DNA of 64,000 nucleotides from the NCBI GenBank assembly GCA_965222115.1, contig CBDCTJ010000007.1, positions 1,536,001 through 1,600,000 of the forward strand. Direction: 5' to 3'. The DNA is from Planctomycetota bacterium. Its GTDB lineage: Bacteria > Planctomycetota > PLA2 > JAEUHO01. The translations under genes and the position numbers were made by a program. Positions 20,078 through 29,358 of this stretch are shown piece after piece. The first letter of the stretch is position 1. Every line of letters starts with the position of its first letter. The notes below the pieces were generated by a model, which was given only the letters and a program-made list of their open reading frames with translations, ran no database searches and was not told where the DNA came from.

Positions 20078-20712
20078 GCGAGCGCCTCAAGCGACGGCGT
20101 GGGCGCCTCCACCCAGAGTTCATGACCCGCGGACTGGACAGCCCGACTTGTTGTGGGGCCAAGGCTGGCAAAGGGTCGTGTTTCGTTCTTCAGCGCGGAG
20201 ACGGCCGATGGACTCGTAACGGCAATCACCGTCGCAGATGATACGCGGTCGAAGTCAAACGCGCGCCGCGTTGTTTCATAGACGATGGGTGCCGAGAACG
20301 ATGAAAACCCGTGCGACGTAGGAACGTCTGCGAGATTCGAGCGCGCATACACGACGCGACCGGTGGGGGACTTCCTTCGTAGCGACGTAAAGAGTGCGTC
20401 AACGCCGGGACCCGGACCCATCAGCGCGCACCGTGCGCCGCGCGCTTCGAGAGCATTCTTTGTAGCTGGACCCACGGCGGCGAGTTTCGGTGTGTGCAAC
20501 ATGTGTTCCGGCAGTGCGTCAACCGCGAATGCACTCGTAAGGACGAGCCAGTCGTTTTCACAAAGCGATTCAAAATCAACGGGAAGCTCGTCCACCACGC
20601 GACGTTCGAGTACGGGTTCCAGGAGAACGTCTACGCCAGCATTGCGTAATGCACGTGAAAGGGGGCCACCCTCGGATTCATCTCGCGTGACCCATACGCG
20701 CAAGCCGTCCAC
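20044..20712 (-). CDS. hemD: Uroporphyrinogen-III synthase
   Basis: VWVTR, LVLTSAFAV, AVGPAT, VYET, TSPSAV, LGPTT. Lies downstream of hemC. Confidence 0.88.
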   Translation of the reverse strand: MDGLRVWVTRDESEGGPLSRALRNAGVDVLLEPVLERRVVDELPVDFESLCENDWLVLTSAFAVDALPEHMLHTPKLAAVGPATKNALEARGARCALMGPGPGVDALFTSLRRKSPTGRVVYARSNLADVPTSHGFSSFSAPIVYETTRRAFDFDRVSSATVIAVTSPSAVSALKNETRPFASLGPTTSRAVQSAGHELWVEAPTPSLEALAQAIVERHQRA

Positions 20713-20715
20713 TGA

Positions 20716-21612
20716 CTAGTCCTCACTCAGGGTATCGGCGTCGATCAGCATGCGCGCCAACTCGCGACCGACGCGTTCCGGGTCACGGCCAACGTGGGTG
20801 CCCGAGCCCACAAGCGTGCCCTCTGTCGTAAACAACTGTCCGTGCAACGAAATGACGTCACTGGCAATCGACGCCAACGCACCAATGGGCGTTTGGCATC
20901 CCGCTTCCGCCTCATGCATGAATGCGCGTTCCGCGGTGACGGCCTTGCGTACCGTTGCATCGTCCAGATCCGAGACGAGCACATGCGCGGCGCCATCGGC
21001 GCGTGTTTGCACCGCAAGCGCTCCTTGCGCGGGTGCGGGCACGAACTGAAATGCTGGTAGTACCAGTGAACATTCCGGTTCGATGCCGAGGCGGCGTACG
21101 CCGGCCGCGGCTAATACGATGGCGTCTAAGTTGCCTTCGTGAAGTCGTTTGATGCGGGTGGGCACGTTGCCACGAATAGGGACGACCGTATGCGCCGCTT
21201 CCAGCAAGAGCTGTGCGCGGCGACGGGCACTGCCGGTGCCAATCGTCATGGGTGACTTTAAGCCATCGAGCGTGACAGGTCGTTTGGCGATGAGCAGGTC
21301 TTCTACCGCCGCGCGCGAGGGTACTGCTGCGATTGCGAGTCCCTCGGGAGACGTAGTCGGAAGATCCTTCATGCTATGAACGGCGACGTCGATCGTTCCT
21401 TCGAGTAGCGCATGTTCCAATACGCTCACGAATGCGCCGCGTTCCCAGCCCGCTTCGGACGGTACGCTGCCTTGCGAGGCATCGCCCACCGTCTTGACGA
21501 CCACGGTTTCGATTTTGAGCGTCGGATGACTGCGCGCAATGGCGGCCGCAACCCAGGCGGTTTGCGTTCGTGCCAAAGCACTGCCTCGTGTTCCCAGTCG
21601 AAGCGTTGTCAC
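20716..21612 (-). CDS. hemC: Hydroxymethylbilane synthase (porphobilinogen deaminase)
   Basis: LGTRGSALA, AVHSMKDLP, GTGSARR, RGNVPTR, PAPAQGAL, GCQTPIG. Confidence 0.96.
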   Translation of the reverse strand: MTTLRLGTRGSALARTQTAWVAAAIARSHPTLKIETVVVKTVGDASQGSVPSEAGWERGAFVSVLEHALLEGTIDVAVHSMKDLPTTSPEGLAIAAVPSRAAVEDLLIAKRPVTLDGLKSPMTIGTGSARRRAQLLLEAAHTVVPIRGNVPTRIKRLHEGNLDAIVLAAAGVRRLGIEPECSLVLPAFQFVPAPAQGALAVQTRADGAAHVLVSDLDDATVRKAVTAERAFMHEAEAGCQTPIGALASIASDVISLHGQLFTTEGTLVGSGTHVGRDPERVGRELARMLIDADTLSED

Positions 21613-22919
21613 TCGGCTATCTCTTGCAGCGACTCGCGGGCGGCACTCACGATTTGATCGATGTCGGTTTCGGTGTGGGCCGAGGAAACGAAGAATGCCT
21701 CGTAGCTACTTGGCGGAAGCCATACGCCACGCGCCAACATGGCGTGGAAGAATGCTGCGTAGCGCTTGTGATCACACGCGGTGGCATCGACATAGTCGCG
21801 CACCGGTTTCTTGGAGAACGACAGGCCGAGCATGCCGCCAAGCGCATGGGTATGGAGTGGAATCTGTAAGTCTGCGCCGGCATTCGCAATGCCATCGGCG
21901 AGACGTTGCGAAGTGGCGTGCAACTCGTCATAGAAGCGCGGGGCTTGACACAGTTTGAGCGTGGCAAGGCCACTCGCCATGCCAAGTGGATTGCCGCTCA
22001 ACGTTCCCGCTTGATACATAGGCCCGAGCGGGCTCACGAGTTCCATGATCTCGCGCCGTGCGCCATACGCTGCAACGGGCATGCCGCCGCCCATGACTTT
22101 ACCTAAGCACGTAATGTCGGGCTTGATGTTGGCGTGTACTTGGTAGCCGCCCCACGCGACGCGAAAGCCCGTCATCACCTCGTCGAACACAAGCATGGCG
22201 CCGTACTTGGTGCAGAGTTCGCGAAGTCCTTCCAGGTAGCCGACCACGGGCGCCACAAAGCCCATGTTGCCCGCTACGGGCTCAACCATAATGCCCGCGA
22301 TGTCGTCACCCTGTTCACGGAACAGTGCCTCCACCGCTTCGAGATCATTGAACGGCACAAGTAGCGTCCCCGATGCAACCGGCGCCGGAACGCCCGCGGA
22401 GTTTGGCACGCCTGTCGTTGCTGCACCCGATCCCGCCGCCACGAGCAAACCATCGGCATGACCGTGGTAACAACCGATCATCTTGACGATTTTGGTGCGC
22501 GCGGTGGCCGCTCGCGCAAGTCGCATAGCACTCATGGTTGCCTCGGTGCCGCTGTTTACGAACCGGAGCATGTCCATACTAGGCAGTGCATCGAGGATCA
22601 ACTCTGCGAGTTCGGTCTCAAGTGCGCAGCATGCGCCAAAGCTCAGGCCGTTCGCAGCCGCTTCCTGTACGGCATCGACGACTGCGGGATGGGCATGGCC
22701 CACGATGGCGGGTCCCCAACTCCCAACCAGATCGAGGTAGCGATTGCCATCCACATCGATGATCGTGGCGCCGCTTGCGGACTTTACGAAGGCTGGCGTA
22801 CCTCCCACGGAGCCGAAGGCGCGCACGGGACTGTTGACGCCACCAACCAGCACCCGCTGCGCGCGCTCAAACATGATGGTGGATCGGGATCGTGGTGTGG
22901 AACTGTCAGACGCTTGCAT
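21609..22919 (-). CDS. hemL: Glutamate-1-semialdehyde 2,1-aminomutase
   Basis: GGVNSPVRAF, VNSGTEATMSA, FDEVMTGFR, LGKVMGGG, YQAGTLSGNP. Confidence 0.97.
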   Translation of the reverse strand: MQASDSSTPRSRSTIMFERAQRVLVGGVNSPVRAFGSVGGTPAFVKSASGATIIDVDGNRYLDLVGSWGPAIVGHAHPAVVDAVQEAAANGLSFGACCALETELAELILDALPSMDMLRFVNSGTEATMSAMRLARAATARTKIVKMIGCYHGHADGLLVAAGSGAATTGVPNSAGVPAPVASGTLLVPFNDLEAVEALFREQGDDIAGIMVEPVAGNMGFVAPVVGYLEGLRELCTKYGAMLVFDEVMTGFRVAWGGYQVHANIKPDITCLGKVMGGGMPVAAYGARREIMELVSPLGPMYQAGTLSGNPLGMASGLATLKLCQAPRFYDELHATSQRLADGIANAGADLQIPLHTHALGGMLGLSFSKKPVRDYVDATACDHKRYAAFFHAMLARGVWLPPSSYEAFFVSSAHTETDIDQIVSAARESLQEIAE

Positions 22920-22940
22920 GGCAGTAAGGTACCCGCATGC

Positions 22941-23318
22941 TCAATCGTCGTCTTCATTCTGGTAAGCCGCCAATCCTCGAACGGCGCAGGCAGTCATCCA
23001 GCTGACGACGATGGCGGCGGTAGCCATGAGCGCGTAAAATATCCACTCAATGGCGATGAGCGAATGAGACGTATCGCGATCCAGTAATGAACATACAACG
23101 GGCAATGCGATGTGGCCAAGGGCATACCAGAAACCGAAGCTGTGGATTCGACGGGTGAAGAAAACGAACATGGCGGCCACTGCGACCGAGACGCCGAGTA
23201 CGACACCGAAACCGTACTCCATCATCAAACTAGGGACACGAAAGAAGTCCCATTCTCGTGGCCCAATGGCGAGCCACGCAAACCCCATCGGTAGCATGTA
23301 GGCAGCAATCGAACTCAT
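22941..23318 (-). CDS. Small hypothetical membrane protein (about 4 TM)
   Basis: Mostly hydrophobic 125-aa ORF, co-directional with hemL. Confidence 0.55.
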   Translation of the reverse strand: MSSIAAYMLPMGFAWLAIGPREWDFFRVPSLMMEYGFGVVLGVSVAVAAMFVFFTRRIHSFGFWYALGHIALPVVCSLLDRDTSHSLIAIEWIFYALMATAAIVVSWMTACAVRGLAAYQNEDDD

Positions 23319-23463
23319 GAGTCCGAGAAGTGCGTCGGTGGCGGCATTGCGCGGTGCCGATGATGGGTGGTGAGTGATCTCTGGCTCCCATAAATTCCTT
23401 GAGTGATTTCTGGCGCACGGGCGAACGAACTACGCGCAATTATCAACTAGGACGATCACGCGC

Positions 23464-24867
23464 CTATCGGCCGAGCATTTGCCAAACGGGCCCGCCAACG
23501 ACGACTTCCTTGAATCCATGAATGCCCTTGTGCCTTTTCGCTTCGAGGTCACTCTCGGGAATATGGAGCGTAACGCCAATGGCCTTATTCGGCATAAGCG
23601 TCTTTAGGTGTTGCTCATTGACGCGTCGAGCAAGAAACACTTTTGAAAACGGCGCTCGGTTCATCGTAGGAATTGGCTGAGATGAGCCGGCGAGAAACAC
23701 GGTTGCGTGGCTCTTGACGGTGATATCGCCCTCGACATCGCCATATAGAATGACAACCCCTTGCGAGCCGATCGTGACGGTGCCGTAGATATTGCCCTCC
23801 ACGACGAGTGTCGAGTGATGATTAATGTGTGCCGCTCCCAACAAATCCCCTGTGATGTACAATGTGCTGTGATTCCCCAGCTTGATCGTTGTTTCTTGTT
23901 CAACATCGGCGAGTACGGTGATGCCACTGTGCGAGTTGGCTTCCGTCGAAAATCGAGGCGGCTTGCGAAAAGCAATCGACTTCTGCGATGTGAGACGGAT
24001 GGGCACAGGTAGCTCGTCTGCCAACAACGCAGTTCGATTCATCGTAGTTGCTGCAAGAGTCGAAAATGCGCTCAATAGTTTCGATTTCGTCAAGGTGGTC
24101 ACATCCCTGAAATGCCCACCTACTTCAGTCGCCGGAGATATGTATTCCAACTTGGGAAAAATCGGCGTTGGAACAGCAGCCCCTTGCTTCGTCTCCATGG
24201 CCTCGACGTGTATCGTGCGATCGATGACTACAGGATGGGATGAAACGGCAATCGCTCGCAATCGGTAGACGCGCCCCGATGTAGACTGTGCGAAACCGAC
24301 TCCCGTGCCGTAATGATTGGACTTAAGATAGATGCGCACCTGTTGCTCGCGCAGATTCTGGGGGGCATCGCTTAGCTGATCGATGATGGGCGACACGTCC
24401 ATGATCTGGATTTGTGGCGCAATCGAGGGCAGCCTTTGATTCGCGCCGCCGTGGTGCGTTCCAAGCATGCCACCATGTCCGCTCCAAATCTCGTTCACTA
24501 CGACGTCGGCCATGTCCTGTTGATCACGCGTAACCACACGCATCCGATCGAGGTCGATGCCCTGACCCGCCCTGAGAATGAACTCGCCCGGAGGGAGATC
24601 TGCAGGCTGTGGGGCGATGTGATTGCTGCCTTGGTCTGGGGGGCGCTTCGAGGAGGCATTCGGTGCAGTCGTACCGCTCTTAAGGGCTTTCTGCTCGATG
24701 GCCGGGCCATGCAGTTGCGGTTGTTCTTCGATTGCGGGTTCCGAAGTCGAGGCCTTAGCTTTGGGAACGGATTGATCATGTGTATGGGCAGGAGAATCGT
24801 CGAGCAGCGCGGTGACACCCCATGCCGCCAGCACGCCGAAGAGGACGCCTAATAGAAATCTGCCCAT
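23464..24867 (-). CDS. Membrane-anchored hypothetical protein with C-terminal beta-helix (bactofilin-like) repeats
   Basis: N-terminal TM MGRFLLGVLFGVLAAW. About 18-residue repeats NHSTLYITGDL / HHSTLVVEGNI / SQGVVILYGDV / SHATVFLAG. Confidence 0.6.
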   Translation of the reverse strand: MGRFLLGVLFGVLAAWGVTALLDDSPAHTHDQSVPKAKASTSEPAIEEQPQLHGPAIEQKALKSGTTAPNASSKRPPDQGSNHIAPQPADLPPGEFILRAGQGIDLDRMRVVTRDQQDMADVVVNEIWSGHGGMLGTHHGGANQRLPSIAPQIQIMDVSPIIDQLSDAPQNLREQQVRIYLKSNHYGTGVGFAQSTSGRVYRLRAIAVSSHPVVIDRTIHVEAMETKQGAAVPTPIFPKLEYISPATEVGGHFRDVTTLTKSKLLSAFSTLAATTMNRTALLADELPVPIRLTSQKSIAFRKPPRFSTEANSHSGITVLADVEQETTIKLGNHSTLYITGDLLGAAHINHHSTLVVEGNIYGTVTIGSQGVVILYGDVEGDITVKSHATVFLAGSSQPIPTMNRAPFSKVFLARRVNEQHLKTLMPNKAIGVTLHIPESDLEAKRHKGIHGFKEVVVGGPVWQMLGR

Positions 24868-24922
24868 CGCACTACTATAGACGACGGCTGTGCGCGCGCC
24901 ATTCCGGCCGTAAATTGAGGGC

Positions 24923-25615
24923 ATGTGCGGACGATTCACCAAACACCTGACCCATGAGGAGCGCGCGCTTCTTGATGACCTCGATTGGAGCGAGATCAAA
25001 CTCGTCTTCAAGGGCTTTGACGCCTTCGTAAAAAAGAATCCTCGCTACAACATCGCGCCCATGCAGCAAGCCTCGATGTTGCGCTTGCGTAACGGAGCGC
25101 CCGAGATTGTTTCCGCACGTTGGAGCCTCTTGCCGTCGTGGGCGAAGGAACCGAAACTCAAGTTCTCGACGTTCAACGCGCGATCAGAGACGGCTGCGGA
25201 GAAGCCTGTCTTTCGTTCGGCCTTCAAGCGCCGTCGCTGCGTGATTCCTATCGACGGGTTCTACGAATGGACGGGGCCCAAGGGTGATCGCACGCCGCAT
25301 CACATCTTTCGAACGGATGGCGACGAGTTGTACATGGCAGGGCTCTGGGAGCTGTGGGAACACGACGATCATGAGCCGATCCTCTCGTTCACCGTACTCA
25401 CCTGTCCCGCCAATACGTTCATGGCCAACCTGCATAAGCGTATGCCCGTTATCCTTGAGCCCCACGAGATTCAGTCGTGGCTCGACCCGGACAACACAAA
25501 CAAGGAGGCGCTCAAAGCGTTTCTGGATCCGTGCCCCGAAAGAACACTCAGTGCCCACATGGTCTCGCGCTATGTGAGCAACTCCCGCAATGAAGGCTCA
25601 AAGTGTTTGGAGTAG
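24923..25615 (+). CDS. SOS response-associated peptidase (SRAP/HMCES/YedK family abasic-site protein)
   Basis: N-terminal MCGRF, YNIAP, FNARSET, RRCVIP..GFYEW, HKRMPVIL. Confidence 0.95.
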   Translation: MCGRFTKHLTHEERALLDDLDWSEIKLVFKGFDAFVKKNPRYNIAPMQQASMLRLRNGAPEIVSARWSLLPSWAKEPKLKFSTFNARSETAAEKPVFRSAFKRRRCVIPIDGFYEWTGPKGDRTPHHIFRTDGDELYMAGLWELWEHDDHEPILSFTVLTCPANTFMANLHKRMPVILEPHEIQSWLDPDNTNKEALKAFLDPCPERTLSAHMVSRYVSNSRNEGSKCLE

Positions 25616-26097
25616 AACGCGTGGCTCCGAATGCGTGGAACCGCGTGCGCGCGGTTCGACTTCGCGCCCTCGCCGATTCTCCGAAGGCATTCGGCACATT
25701 GCTTTCGGAAGATGAAGCACGTCCACTGCCGGAGTGGCGAGCGCGGCTTGAGAATCCGAATGGCGCAACGTTCTTGGCGCACACGGAAGAAGACGACATT
25801 GGCATTGTGACGATCATCGTCCATCCCGAGGACCACGAGTGCGGCCTGTTGTGTTCCATGTGGGTGGCGCCGGCAGTGCGCCGGTCGGGGCTCGGTGCGG
25901 CTTTGATTGACGCTGCGGTGGATTGGGCTCGCGGCAAGAGACTCGCGCGCGTTGTTCTAGGCGTTGGGGACTACAACCGACCAGCCATTGCGCTCTACGA
26001 AAAAATGGGCTTTGTGCCCAACGGCGTCCTCAGTACGCTTCCATCGCCCCGCGAGCACATCACGGAGCATGAGCGTGAGTTGCGGCTGAAGGACTGA
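25603..26097 (+). CDS. GNAT family N-acetyltransferase
   Basis: RLRALADSPKAFG, SMWVAPAVRRSGLG, AIALYEKMGF. Confidence 0.9.
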   Translation: MFGVERVAPNAWNRVRAVRLRALADSPKAFGTLLSEDEARPLPEWRARLENPNGATFLAHTEEDDIGIVTIIVHPEDHECGLLCSMWVAPAVRRSGLGAALIDAAVDWARGKRLARVVLGVGDYNRPAIALYEKMGFVPNGVLSTLPSPREHITEHERELRLKD

Positions 26098-26296
26098 GGC
26101 ATTGGCGCGCATCCAAGAGTCCGCGTCTGCGTGCCTCTCGATAGATCGAGTGTGCAAGACTGTTAGACATGAGCGCTTTGTGGATTAGATGCGCCGCAAG
26201 CTTGGAGTATTCTCGACGTAAAATGGGATGCCCGGAACTGGCAAATTTGTAGTTATTCGATTGCTATCGCCGTTGGCGCTCAATGACACTGTCAAC

Positions 26297-26403
26297 GATC
26301 CCGGAGGGATCACGGGTCAATAGCCCAGGGTGTAGCGCAAGCGTAGCGGCGCGGAACCCTGGGTTCACGTTCCCTCCCAATCATCCCGCCCTGTATGGGC
26401 GGC
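26297..26403. repeat. REP-like multi-hairpin element
   Basis: Three short palindromes in about 105 bp: GATCCC-GGA-GGGATC, CCCAGGG...CCCTGGG, CCGCCC-TGTAT-GGGCGG. Confidence 0.55.
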
Positions 26404-26539
26404 GGAGACGTGCACGCATTCCCGGTACCTCACGTAGAACCAAAATCGTACGGCGCGAGCATTGTTGACTGTTCGTTCCACGCATCTTGGCACGGGACAT
26501 AGGTCACGAAGTTGGTGGGAACAAGCGCGGCACGGTATC

Positions 26540-26788
26540 ATGGGGACAGAGATGATGAGTGACGCCTGCCCCAATCTGAAATACAAGCATGTCTATGTAG
26601 TAGTCCGAGTAGACATGGAGATGCTCCTTGTTGCAGAGGGCGATCTAGAGCGACAGCGTATTGAAGATTCCGTCGTAGTAACTCGAGTATTCGAAGACTG
26701 GAACCTTGCGGTTGCGGAGGCCGATCGATTGAACGAACTCAATGGTGCCAAGGGCTGTGTGTACTTTGCGCGGGTCGGGCGCCTATGA
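26540..26788 (+). CDS. Small hypothetical protein, possible orphan immunity-type cassette
   Basis: Globular-looking ORF of about 80 aa (KHVYVVVRVD...AEADRLNELN..KGCVYF). Its stop abuts a repeat also found after the Rhs immunity gene. Confidence 0.5.
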   Translation: MGTEMMSDACPNLKYKHVYVVVRVDMEMLLVAEGDLERQRIEDSVVVTRVFEDWNLAVAEADRLNELNGAKGCVYFARVGRL

Positions 26789-26803
26789 GAGATACGGAGT
26801 CAA

Positions 26804-27146
26804 GATGCGGAGTCGGGACCAAATTCACACCTTTCTTGTCTTTCAAACGGGCCATGTACGAATCGTTAACAACACGTAAGCAGTAGGTGGATTGTTCAGT
26901 CGAAAAGGTGGCGCTGGAGGGGCATCGTACATGAGAGATCGCGTGACGCTGCGTAGACTTGTCTAAATGAGTTGCCAACATGCCTCGTAACGGCGGCTTC
27001 GAGCCGACTGCGTCAGACCGCGCGCTCGCTCGATGGGCGTCGGCAAAGTGCTTGGCTTAAAGTCGGACGCGAGGGCATCAGCGCACGAATCTGAGCACAA
27101 CAAGTTGCAGCACCAAATAGTGTGAATTTGGTCCTGGCACCGTATC
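26804..27146. mobile_element. 343-bp MITE/REPIN-like relic bounded by 27-bp inverted repeats
   Basis: 26804-26830 GATGCGGAGTCGGGACCAAATTCACAC vs reverse complement of 27120-27146 GATACGGTGCCAGGACCAAATTCACAC (23/27 identical). No intact ORF inside. Confidence 0.6.
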
Positions 27147-27207
27147 CTCACTGAACTAGCGGTGAGGTTGGTCGTGAAAGCCCCAGCCGGGTGCGTCTAT
27201 GAAGACA

Positions 27208-28386
27208 CTACCGGTCAAGCGCATCCGTCTGTTCTCGAATCAAGCGACGAATAGCCTGCTGATCTTGGTAGTTCTGTAGTGCAGCGCCCGGGGCGGTGAA
27301 TGCCGGGAAAATCGGCGTGATAAGGGATGGCGAGCCCGAGAAACCGTGATCCGCGCCGAGAGATACTCCCCCGAGCTTTAGTTCCGCAGTTTTGTTCATT
27401 GCAGTCATGCTGAACTGTTCGCGAGACACGAGCTTCTCGAACGCGGCCGGATACAGCACTGTGAGTCTGTCGACCTTGGCGTTGATCGCTAGACCTTCTG
27501 TTTTGGCGACTGGGATCGTCAGCGGAAGATCGCCGACAACGATGTGCATGTGCCCATCCTGGTTCGGAATGCCCGCGTTGTTGGGCGTCACGAATGTAAC
27601 TGTTCCGTGATAATGATGTCCGTTGTGTGGTTGCTCGCCTAAGGGAAATGAGACACTGGCGACGCGGACCATGAGTTTGGGCTTTGGCTTCGGAGACTCC
27701 CGATATCCAACGGTTTGGAGAGCGAGTTTGCGGAACGCGGCTAAGACCGTCGCATTGCCAGCTGGCACGTAGAACCACCACGCGCCGTAGCGCTTGCATA
27801 CGATTGCAGCTCCTGGACCCGGATGCACGCTGGAACGAACCACTGAATTCGGGACCTTTAGGTAATCCAGATATGCTTTGTAAACGTCCTTCGCATAGGG
27901 GGTGTCATTGACGACTGGGTCCGCAAGGATTTTCAGCTTGCTCGAAGTTTCGCCTGCGAGGCCAGCGGATGGATTGAATTTTTCAACTAGCGTGCGGCCT
28001 GCTTGGTAAGCAGTTGCAGTCGTCAACGAGTTCTCTGTCACTGTTGAGTCGTCGGCGGTTCCATCTTTATCAGTCATCACCGTCTTGCTTACGCCGGTTT
28101 GTGTCGTGGAGGGGCCTGGCCCGGATGTCCGCTCCCGCGCCCACGTGCTTCCTGCAGTTCCGCCTACGGTGTCTGTTGTGTCTGCGGAGACTTCCGTGTA
28201 GTCCACATGCACGATCGGGAGCCCGTTGTAGAGCCGAACCACGTTGTCGAACACTTGATGGGAATGCAGTTGCGTTATGGTGTTCCTGGCACCTGCATGG
28301 TCGTAGTGAACTCGCTTGACGGTTTGGCAAGCAAACAAGAAAGGCAACATGAAGCAAGCAGTTACGGGAAGAAGTCCTCGTCTCAT
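27208..28386 (-). CDS. Hypothetical lipoprotein
   Basis: MRRGLLPVTACFMLPFLFA-C lipobox-like signal with a GGAG RBS. Contains a Thr-rich low-complexity segment. Confidence 0.65.
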   Translation of the reverse strand: MRRGLLPVTACFMLPFLFACQTVKRVHYDHAGARNTITQLHSHQVFDNVVRLYNGLPIVHVDYTEVSADTTDTVGGTAGSTWARERTSGPGPSTTQTGVSKTVMTDKDGTADDSTVTENSLTTATAYQAGRTLVEKFNPSAGLAGETSSKLKILADPVVNDTPYAKDVYKAYLDYLKVPNSVVRSSVHPGPGAAIVCKRYGAWWFYVPAGNATVLAAFRKLALQTVGYRESPKPKPKLMVRVASVSFPLGEQPHNGHHYHGTVTFVTPNNAGIPNQDGHMHIVVGDLPLTIPVAKTEGLAINAKVDRLTVLYPAAFEKLVSREQFSMTAMNKTAELKLGGVSLGADHGFSGSPSLITPIFPAFTAPGAALQNYQDQQAIRRLIREQTDALDR

Positions 28387-29358
28387 CTCCGTCCTCCTCA
28401 AGACACGCGAGAGGCTATGGGCCTCAGGTGCGCGGTCAAGTAATTGCACAGGTGGTAGAGATTTGGTACGGGTCTCGATCGCCTTTGAGACTCAAGAGGA
28501 AGGCGAGTAAATGCCTAAGCAGCCGGCGTCGAGGCGTAAGTCGCGTGGAGTTGACGTTGTTGTCGGGCACTGTGAACACCTTGACCAATTCACCGAGTAG
28601 CTCCTCGGGCGCAATTGTTTCGTCGCCGAGCCATTCACTCTCCGTGCGTACCGCGTCGCAGATGAAGAAGCCTGCCATGGCGTGTCCTCAAGACGACAGC
28701 CCATAGCTTCCCCCGCCAACACACGCCCCGGGACAGAACTAGGCGTCGTCGAAGGCAGCTCCTCAGCTGAAGATAGAAGAGTCATCGAGCCGGATAGTTG
28801 AGCGATTCCGAGAATTGTTGGCGGACGTCGCGCATGAATTACGAGATACTTAAAGGCATTTTTGATTTTCGAACACATTGTTGCAATAAGCGTCCGTGAT
28901 TACCGACAGAATAACCAAGATAAGAGAGAGCAAGGGTTCGCCTTCAATGCATTGAATTCGGCTAGTAGGCGCCTTGTTCAAGGAGCTATTGGCGACTCGC
29001 CAATCTCCGCTTGATTTGATTGGCTGTGTCACGCATGCGTATCTCCCACGTCACGATGTACGTGGCAAGAGTTGTGCACATCAAGATCGACTTTCGCAGG
29101 GAAACGCGGATAGCGTGCGGGTGCGCGGCCTACGGAGAGCTACGAAGAAGATCTCGAATCGCGTAAGAGCAACAATCTTTGCATAACTTTCGCCGTGGAA
29201 TTTCGCGCCACTCGAAACTCTCATCCTTACCGTCGATCTTGCGCAATCGAGAAGCACGCGCAAAGCGCCGTGTTCCTCCGGTAGCGCGAAACGCACACAT
29301 GCGGGGGGTGCATCCACGCCGATTGTGGACCGGATGGCTTCCTCGGATTGGGGGCAAC

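Noticed and set aside
26150-27030. Integron attC-like words (GTTAGAC near 26162; TAAC..TTCGAGCCGAC near 26987)
   Set aside because: No complete RYYYAAC...GTTRRRY imperfect palindrome could be built, and there is no integrase in the window.
28436-28878. Short overlapping minus-strand ORFs upstream of the lipoprotein
   Set aside because: No recognisable motifs. 28436-28678 has a possible RBS, but the evidence is too weak to call.
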